Shown piece by piece: positions 57,991 through 64,000 of a stretch of 64,000 nt of DNA. This DNA comes from Myxococcota bacterium. GTDB lineage: Bacteria > Myxococcota > JACRCW01. Each line of letters begins with the position of its first letter. The stretch's first letter is position 1. The notes beneath the pieces were generated by a model. That model saw only the letters and a list, made by a program, of their open reading frames with translations, was not told the DNA's origin and ran no database searches. The position numbers were made by a program, and so were the translations under genes. The stretch spans positions 1 through 64,000 of the forward strand of contig JBFMGU010000024.1 of NCBI GenBank assembly GCA_040752415.1, given 5' to 3'.

Positions 57991-59613
57991 TCACAGCGTC
58001 ACCGGCATGCTGGCCACGGGATCCTCCACCAGCGTGGCCACGCTGCGTCGCAGCAGGTCATCCACCACGTTGTCGACGAGGAGCGGCGGGTAGATGTCCG
58101 CGGCCAGCAGGTGGCGGGGCGGCACGCCGTGCACCAGCGACCGCACCACCTCCTGCACCACCGGGGCGCTGTTCACGAGGTACGCGTCCAGGAGCGTGGG
58201 ATTGAACTGCAGGAAGCCGTTGTCGGCGAGCAGGTGCTGTGCGTTGGTGCGCCACAGCTCGTTCAGCTCGTCGCACAGCTGGTCCATGAGCGGGTGGAAG
58301 GGCACGCCGCCGGGGGCGCTGGTCTCGTCGCTGCGCTCGAAGTCGAACTGGCCCTGGTCCAACGTGAGCAGCCACCGCAGCGCTTCCCGTCCCGCCTGGT
58401 GCTGGCTGCCCATGGCGCTCACCGCGTGCTCCACCGCGCCGCGGCTCAGCGACACCTCGTGGTAGCTCCAGGTGTCCATCACGCGCAGCCTTCCGCTCAC
58501 CCGCGCGCGCGCCAGCCCGTCCAGGAGGTGTTGGATGCCCACGCCGCGCAGCTCACCCCGCACGCTCACGCCTTGCGCCGCCTGCGCCACCACGCCGTCG
58601 ACGTTGTGGGCGGCCTGCTGCAGCCGCGCGGCAATCTGGTCCACCCTGGTGCCCTTGGGGAAGCAGCCGTTGGCGGCCAGCAGCACGTCCAGTTTCTCGA
58701 CGTGACAGCTGAGCACGAAGAACGGGGTCTCGCGCAGGTGGAAGTCTTGGCGCACCAGGGAGAGCAGGCCCCACCCGTCGACCCCGGGCATCATCAGGTC
58801 GGAGAGGATCACGTCCGGAGCGCGTCGCAGCGCGATCTCGTAGCCCTTGCGCCCGTCGGGCGCGGTCTCCACCTTGAGGCCCGCGCGGCCCAGCAGGCGG
58901 GAGTAGAGGAAGCGCATGTCCGGGTCGTCGTCGACGAGCAGGCAGCGCACCGGGGCGGGCTCCTGCACCGTGATGGCGGCGGGCGGCGCGGTGGACGTCG
59001 TCGACGCGGGAAGGAACTGGAACTCCCATGGCTCCTGCGCCGCGGGTGAGTGGAGCGCATCCCGGAGCATCGCCGGGTACGCGCCTGCTTCGCTGGCAAC
59101 CGCGCCGTCGACGTAGGGAACGCTGCTGTCCCGCCCGGCGTGCCGCACCACGAGCTCACCGCTGCCACCCTTGCTGGAGAGCAGCTGGTGGATGCGCGCC
59201 AGCGTGGCCGCGCCGTGATGCCAGCGGGCCGCGGCAAAGCGCCCGTCGTCGGTGCTCTCCCCCACCAGCTCCTGCAGCGTGCGCAGCAGCTCCGCGGCGG
59301 GCAGGTCCGCGGGGAACTGGCCGCTCACGCCCAGGGAGAGCGCACGCACCACTCCGGCCACGTCCGACCACGAGGTGACAAGCACCAGCGCCGCCGCGGC
59401 GGGTGCGCACAGCGCGTGCAACCTGGCCACGTCCGACTCCGCCGGCGTGGCTCCCAGCAGCGCCACCACCGAAGGGCGGAAGCTGGTCAGCAGCGCGGGC
59501 ACGTCGTCGATCCGCGCGCAGTCCCTCACCGTGGCGCCACACGCGCCCAGGGACCGCACCAGGGCGTCGCGCTGCGCGGCGTCACCGGCGACGAGGAGGA
59601 GGCGATGGTTCAC
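57991..59613 (-). CDS. Multi-domain response regulator with DUF4388 (PATAN-like) domains
   Basis: Pseudo-receiver; CLLVDDD..ILSDLMMPGVDGW; RGELRGVGIQHLLDGL..SGRL..GQFDF. Confidence 0.82.
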   Translation of the reverse strand: MNHRLLLVAGDAAQRDALVRSLGACGATVRDCARIDDVPALLTSFRPSVVALLGATPAESDVARLHALCAPAAAALVLVTSWSDVAGVVRALSLGVSGQFPADLPAAELLRTLQELVGESTDDGRFAAARWHHGAATLARIHQLLSSKGGSGELVVRHAGRDSSVPYVDGAVASEAGAYPAMLRDALHSPAAQEPWEFQFLPASTTSTAPPAAITVQEPAPVRCLLVDDDPDMRFLYSRLLGRAGLKVETAPDGRKGYEIALRRAPDVILSDLMMPGVDGWGLLSLVRQDFHLRETPFFVLSCHVEKLDVLLAANGCFPKGTRVDQIAARLQQAAHNVDGVVAQAAQGVSVRGELRGVGIQHLLDGLARARVSGRLRVMDTWSYHEVSLSRGAVEHAVSAMGSQHQAGREALRWLLTLDQGQFDFERSDETSAPGGVPFHPLMDQLCDELNELWRTNAQHLLADNGFLQFNPTLLDAYLVNSAPVVQEVVRSLVHGVPPRHLLAADIYPPLLVDNVVDDLLRRSVATLVEDPVASMPVTL

Positions 59614-59726
59614 GAGCCCTCCGGCGGAGCACACCTCGGGAGGACTGCAAGCCACGCACCAGGCGCGCAACCCCGGCGGTGGGTGCTCCAGCCCGCAGGC
59701 TTTTCCGACGACGGAAACGGCGCGCC

Positions 59727-60314
59727 TCACCCGTCCCGGTGGTGGCGCAGCCAGGCCAGCAGGTAGGCCAGGTCGCGGTTCTCCGCGCGTACGCGCTCCA
59801 GGTCCTGCTCCAGCGAGTGGCGCTCCGTGATGTCGCGGTGGAGCGCGTGGTTGGCGGCGTCGGTCTCGTCGTGGGCGCGGCGCAACGCATCCCGCTCACC
59901 GGCCAGCACCGCCCGGGTCTCCGCCAGCTCGACGCGCAGCCGCGCTTGCTCCTGCCGCAGCTGCTCCACCTCCTGTGCCAGGCCCAGTTTCTCCACGCGC
60001 AGCTGCGCCAGCTCGGCAAAGGTCTCGTCCAGCGTCAGCCAGGCGCCGTCCAGGTCCTCCCGCAAACGTCGCAGCCGACGACGCAGCATGCGCACCGCGG
60101 ACGCCGCCTGGGCCCGACGCTGCGGCGCGCTCACGCACAACGCCTCCGCGGCGCCCGGCTGGGCAAGCGTCTCCCGCGCCCGCGCGGCGGCCTGCGCAAT
60201 CCTTTCCTCCTCGCGAAGCACCTCTGCGCTCACGCTGGAGAGCACGGCATCCAGCGCGCCGCGCGCGGGGTCCTGCGGGGTCGCCCTCGACGTGGGACCA
60301 GGAAGGGTGGGCAT
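59727..60314 (-). CDS. Hypothetical coiled-coil protein
   Basis: Heptad-rich E/L/R ORF; GGAGG RBS upstream of MPTLPG. Confidence 0.6.
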   Translation of the reverse strand: MPTLPGPTSRATPQDPARGALDAVLSSVSAEVLREEERIAQAAARARETLAQPGAAEALCVSAPQRRAQAASAVRMLRRRLRRLREDLDGAWLTLDETFAELAQLRVEKLGLAQEVEQLRQEQARLRVELAETRAVLAGERDALRRAHDETDAANHALHRDITERHSLEQDLERVRAENRDLAYLLAWLRHHRDG

Positions 60315-60371
60315 CTGGGCCTCCCAACGGCACGCGCACCCGTGATGCGGGCGGCGAGCAGGGCCTGGGCG

Positions 60372-60387
60372 TGCAGCCTCCGTGCCG
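60372..60387 (-). promoter_or_regulatory. Probable sigma-54 promoter
   Basis: Minus strand CGGCACGGAGGCTGCA (GG-N10-GC), about 58 nt before the coiled-coil gene. Confidence 0.5.
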
Positions 60388-60417
60388 TGAACCCACCGAG
60401 CCCCACCGTGCCGGCGC

Positions 60418-60717
60418 TCAGCGACGACGCGCGCGCGTGCGTGTGTTGGTGGCCTTGGGTGAGTGCAGCTCGCGGGTCTGCTGTTGTCGGCGGCTGCCCT
60501 CGGTCTTGGTGCGGTTGGCGCTGGCGCGCGTGGAGCGGCGGGAGGGGCGTCCGGTCTCACTGGCTTCCAGCGCGTAGGAGGCCTTGCGCGCCATGCCCAC
60601 GTCTCGTCGGGCGGCGGGGGCGGCCTTCCGGGCCGCGGCGCGACCCTTCTGCGTGCGCTTTCCCCGACGGGGCTGATTCTCCAACGCGGTCACATGGTCT
60701 TCAGCCTTGGTCCCCAC
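60418..60717 (-). CDS. Small very basic hypothetical protein
   Basis: K/R-rich; KASYALEASETGRPSRRSTRASANRTK; AAGGAG RBS before GTG. Confidence 0.6.
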   Translation of the reverse strand: MGTKAEDHVTALENQPRRGKRTQKGRAAARKAAPAARRDVGMARKASYALEASETGRPSRRSTRASANRTKTEGSRRQQQTRELHSPKATNTRTRARRR

Positions 60718-60844
60718 GGCAGGCTCCTTGTCGTCTTCCCTGGGGATAACGGCGCACCCGCCCGGTGCAATCCCGCGACGTCACGCGCGGCGGGAATAGC
60801 GCTCGCCCGTCGGGGTGTTGCAGGGAGGTTCCCCGGGGGGGCGC

Positions 60845-61249
60845 ATGGGACAGGACGCCACGTCCGTGCTGGTGGTGGAGGATGACCGTGACCTGCGGGA
60901 GATCCTCACCGAGGTCCTGGAGAACGAGGGTTGTCGCGTCACCGCCGTGGCCAACGGCGCCGAGGCCCTCGCGCTGCTGCGCAACGGTTCACGGCCCGAC
61001 CTGATCCTGGTGGACCTGTGGATGCCGGTGCTGGACGGCCTGCAGTTCCGACGGAAACAGCGCGGCCTGCGCGGCGCGGCGGAGATCCCCACGGTGCTCT
61101 TGAGCGCGGATGGCGACGGGGTGCGCGCGGTGCGCGAGCTGTTCAACGAAGCCCTGGTCAAGCCGCTGGAGCTCAGCGCGGTGCTGGCCTTGGTGCAGCG
61201 CCACCTCACCCGGTCGCGCCGGCGTCCGGTGGTCACGGGTGGGAGCTGA
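60845..61249 (+). CDS. Single-domain response regulator
   Basis: VLVVEDD, PDLILVDLWMP, LLSA, LVKPL. Confidence 0.88.
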   Translation: MGQDATSVLVVEDDRDLREILTEVLENEGCRVTAVANGAEALALLRNGSRPDLILVDLWMPVLDGLQFRRKQRGLRGAAEIPTVLLSADGDGVRAVRELFNEALVKPLELSAVLALVQRHLTRSRRRPVVTGGS

Positions 61250-61288
61250 TCTTCGTCGTCACCGTGAGCGTGCATCCGCACCCGGAGT

Positions 61289-61297
61289 TGCTAGAAT
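61289..61297 (+). promoter_or_regulatory. Extended -10 promoter for the intergenic RNA
   Basis: TG-C-TAGAAT. Confidence 0.6.
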
Positions 61298-61443
61298 GGC
61301 GCTCCATCAGGGCCGGCCACACACCGCTGCCCGAGTCGGGGAATCAGCCCCGGCGACGTTCGGACGTGGGCCTCTCGGCGGCCACACGTCTGCGCGGTGA
61401 GGAAGGGGCTCCTCGTGCCCGCGCCGAGAAAGGAGGTGATCCA

Positions 61444-61482
61444 GTGTCCAACCCTATGGCCAGTGAGGTGGCGGCGTCCTAG
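61444..61482 (+). CDS. Putative 12-aa small peptide MSNPMASEVAAS
   Basis: GTG start directly after a maximal Shine-Dalgarno; TAG stop. Confidence 0.4.
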   Translation: MSNPMASEVAAS

Positions 61483-61600
61483 CGCCAGCCAGGAAGGTTC
61501 CGTCGGGGTCTGAACGCTGACGGCACCACGCCTCCGGAAGGATCACCTCCATTCGGAGCGTACGAGAACCTGGTGGAGCAGGATGGCCCTGCTGCCACCG

Positions 61601-61670
61601 ACCCCGGAAGCCGCGGGTTGCCACCCGCCCGCCGTACCTCGGCGGCACCGGCTTCCGGGGTTTTTTATTT
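61601..61670 (+). terminator. Intrinsic terminator with branched loop
   Basis: ACCCCGGAAGCCG pairs with CGGCTTCCGGGGT, then a TTTTTATTT tail; two small hairpins inside the loop. Confidence 0.8.
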
Positions 61671-61781
61671 CCGCCCGCTCCACGTCCCGTCGTGACCGCG
61701 CCGCACGCCCACGCTGGCGACTCCGCCGGGGGACACCGACGCCACGGTTTGCTAGAACGGCCGTTCACGGAGACCGAGCAC

Positions 61782-62759
61782 ATGGCCAAGACCCTGCTGG
61801 AGCAGCTGAGCGAGATGACGGTGGTGGTGGCAGACACCGGGGACTTCAACTCCATCCAGAAGTTCAAGCCGCGCGACGCCACCACGAACCCCTCCCTCAT
61901 CACCGCCGCGGCGCAGATGCCGGAGTACGCGGATGTCGTCGCGGGGACGTTGCGCTGGGCGGCGGGGCAGGGCGGAGACAGGAAGGCGCAGATTGCCGCC
62001 GCGGTGGACCGGCTCAGCGTGGAGTTCGGTCTGCGCATCCTGAAGATCGTCCCCGGGCGGGTCTCCACCGAGGTGGACGCGCGGCTCAGCTATGACACCG
62101 CGGCTTCCATTGCCAAGGCGCGCCACCTCATCAGCATGTACGAGGCCGCGGGCGCCAGCCGGGACCGCATCCTCATCAAGCTGGCCACGACGTGGGAAGG
62201 CGTGAAGGCCGCCGAGGTGCTGGAGAAGGACGGCATCCACTGCAACATGACGCTCTTGTTTGGCCTGCACCAGGCGGTGGCGTGCGCCGAGGCCAATGCG
62301 CAGCTCATCAGCCCCTTCGTGGGTCGCATCCTGGACTGGTACAAGAAGAACACCGGCAAGGAGAGCTACGCGCCACACGAGGATCCGGGCGTGCTCTCGG
62401 TGACGCGCATCTACAACTACTACAAGCACTTTGGTCACCGGACCGAGGTGATGGGCGCGTCCTTCCGCAACCTGGGCGAGATCACCGAGCTGGCCGGCTG
62501 CGACCTGCTCACCATTGCGCCCAACCTGCTGGCCGAGCTGCAAGGCCAGACCGGCGAGCTGCCGCGCAAGCTGGACCCCAAGGTGGCGGCGTCGCAGAAG
62601 GTGGAGCGCATCAAGATGGATGAGGCCACCTTCCGCGCCATGCACCAGCAGGACCGCATGGCGAGTGAGAAGCTGGAGGAGGGCATTTTGAACTTCTCCA
62701 AGGCGCTCGAGCAGCTGGAGAAGCTCCTGGGCGAGAAGCTGGCCACCATCGCCGCCTGA
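61782..62759 (+). CDS. tal: Transaldolase
   Basis: [64 protein letters not shown]. Confidence 0.97.
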   Translation: MAKTLLEQLSEMTVVVADTGDFNSIQKFKPRDATTNPSLITAAAQMPEYADVVAGTLRWAAGQGGDRKAQIAAAVDRLSVEFGLRILKIVPGRVSTEVDARLSYDTAASIAKARHLISMYEAAGASRDRILIKLATTWEGVKAAEVLEKDGIHCNMTLLFGLHQAVACAEANAQLISPFVGRILDWYKKNTGKESYAPHEDPGVLSVTRIYNYYKHFGHRTEVMGASFRNLGEITELAGCDLLTIAPNLLAELQGQTGELPRKLDPKVAASQKVERIKMDEATFRAMHQQDRMASEKLEEGILNFSKALEQLEKLLGEKLATIAA

Positions 62760-62764
62760 GCCCC

Positions 62765-63442
62765 ATGCGCGGCGCCTCCCTGGCGTTGTTGACGTTGCTT
62801 TGCGGTTGCGCGGAGGACCTCTGCGGAGCGTTTCCTCCCGGGCCGGCGCGCGTCCTCATCCTTGGCGACAGCGTCCTGGCGTGGAACTCCAGCATCTGCC
62901 AGTCCGTGGCCCACCACGCGGCGTGGACGTTGGGCAAGGCCGCGGACATCCGCGCGGTGATCTCCACCCAGCTCATGGAAGGAGACGCGCTGCTGCCCGC
63001 CATCACCGACCAGTATTCCGACGGAGACTGGGAGTGGGTGGTGCTGGATGGCGGCGGCAATGACCTCAACAAGAAGTGCGCGTGCGGGGAGTGCGGGGAC
63101 CTGCTGGACCGTCTTGTCGACGTCGGCGGGAGGAAGGGCGCCATGCCGGAGCTGGTGGACCGGGCGCGCGCGCGGGGCGCCAAGGTCATCCTGCTGGGCT
63201 ACTACGACGTGGGGCCCGACGCCGCGTACGGCTTCGCGGAGTGTCGCGACGAGATCCACGAGCTGAACCGGCGCTACCGGCACGTGGCGGCGCAGCGTCG
63301 CAACGTGTTCTTCGTGAGTGGCGGGGACGTGCTCAACCCGGACCGCACGCCCGACCTCTACGACGTGGACCGCGTGCACCCCGCGCCCAACGGCGCCGAG
63401 AAGCTGGGGCAGCTCATCGGTCGCACCATGCGGGAGAACTGA
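62765..63442 (+). CDS. SGNH/GDSL hydrolase lipoprotein
   Basis: Lipobox LCGC; LGDSV, GGGNDL, DRVHP. Confidence 0.9.
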   Translation: MRGASLALLTLLCGCAEDLCGAFPPGPARVLILGDSVLAWNSSICQSVAHHAAWTLGKAADIRAVISTQLMEGDALLPAITDQYSDGDWEWVVLDGGGNDLNKKCACGECGDLLDRLVDVGGRKGAMPELVDRARARGAKVILLGYYDVGPDAAYGFAECRDEIHELNRRYRHVAAQRRNVFFVSGGDVLNPDRTPDLYDVDRVHPAPNGAEKLGQLIGRTMREN

Positions 63443-63451
63443 CGGCCGACG

Positions 63452-64000
63452 TCACGGCAGGTACTCGACCCAACCCACGGAGCTGGGTTGACCGGGCCAC
63501 ACGTCGAATCCCCAGATGGCGCTGCCGGTGCCGCCCTCCGCGCTGAGCCCGTGCCAGAAGGGCTGGTAGTCGTTGAAGATGAGGCCGCGTCCCGTGGTGA
63601 GGTCGTGGAAGGAGACGTCCTGCGCCTGCCCGAGCCCGCTGGCGGAGACCACGTTGCTGCCGTTGCCCTGGATGCCGCTCCCGCGCACGAACAGCATGCT
63701 GGCGCCCACCGTCATCTGCGGGCCGGTGAAGACCACGGGCGGGATGGGCATGGTGGTGCTGTAGCTGCGCAGGTGGCGCTTCACGTGGAAGTAGTCCAGG
63801 TCCACGCCGTGGTCGTCGGTGCCGTTCCCGTCGATGTCGATCCCCAGCTCCGGGGTGGCAAGCGCGCCGCCCACGTCCGCCAGCACCGCCACCAGGTACT
63901 TGTCCGCGTTCTCCGTGCCTGCGCCGTAGGGAAGCGTGAAGTCGCCCTGGTCTCCGTAGGCCTTGCACTGCGGGAGCGCATAGAGTCGATTCGCGGAAGC
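63452..64000 (-). CDS. Hypothetical (likely secreted) protein, C-terminal part; starts beyond window
   Basis: Open frame to the edge (..YGDQGDFTLPYGAGTENADKYLVAVLAD..WVEYLP), GC3 bias. Confidence 0.6.
   Translation of the reverse strand, partial: ASANRLYALPQCKAYGDQGDFTLPYGAGTENADKYLVAVLADVGGALATPELGIDIDGNGTDDHGVDLDYFHVKRHLRSYSTTMPIPPVVFTGPQMTVGASMLFVRGSGIQGNGSNVVSASGLGQAQDVSFHDLTTGRGLIFNDYQPFWHGLSAEGGTGSAIWGFDVWPGQPSSVGWVEYLP

Larger units (their letters stand above)
61304..61670 (+). ncRNA. Candidate structured RNA carrying an anti-16S-3'-end tract and a micro-ORF
   Basis: Serial hairpins between an extended -10 and a U-tract terminator; AGAAAGGAGGTGATCCAG at 61427-61444; GGATCACCTCC at 61540-61550. 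Confidence 0.6.

Noticed and set aside
61427..61553. 16S rRNA gene fragment
   Set aside because: Similarity stops after 18 nt, and the flanks do not continue as 16S (no GCCGCA/CCTTGTTACGAC); it is an isolated complementary tract
61304..61670. tmRNA, RNase P RNA, SRP or 6S RNA
   Set aside because: Length fits tmRNA/RnpB, but there is no tRNA-like TTCGA..CCACCA end, no GAGGAAAGTCC P4 motif, no SRP domain IV loop, and no single long 6S-type rod visible

Overview
High-GC (about 70% by eye) bacterial chromosomal segment with a myxobacterial (Myxococcota-like) gene content. This includes Hanks-type Ser/Thr kinases, an RpoH-family sigma factor, a DUF4388 response regulator, and scattered non-flagellar type III secretion genes. 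About 60 CDSs are supportable. Housekeeping genes are the sucB/pdhC 5' end, metK, an acyl-CoA carboxylase beta subunit, Fpg/Nei, queF, nagZ, rpmH-rnpA-yidD, an RNB exoribonuclease and tal. Highlights: (1) An 8.5-kb multiheme cytochrome cluster with about 43 heme motifs (collagen-tethered MtrC/OmcA decaheme, two 13-heme lipoproteins, a monoheme, a beta-barrel and a divergent NapC/NirT-type protein) that looks like a complete extracellular electron transfer conduit. (2) A ~365-nt, highly structured intergenic RNA candidate before tal. It carries an 18-nt perfect complement to the usual 16S rRNA 3' end, a 12-codon ORF, an internal anti-SD copy and its own promoter and terminator. (3) A possible bacterial heme-thiolate peroxidase/caleosin-like protein behind a palindromic operator. 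(4) Dispersed T3SS genes (SctO-like; SctJ plus a FliG-like protein). (5) A bacterial microcompartment satellite locus. (6) A 106-bp inverted-repeat element. No rRNA, tRNA, CRISPR array or transposase was seen. All calls come from motif recognition by eye, without database searches. Start codons are best estimates.
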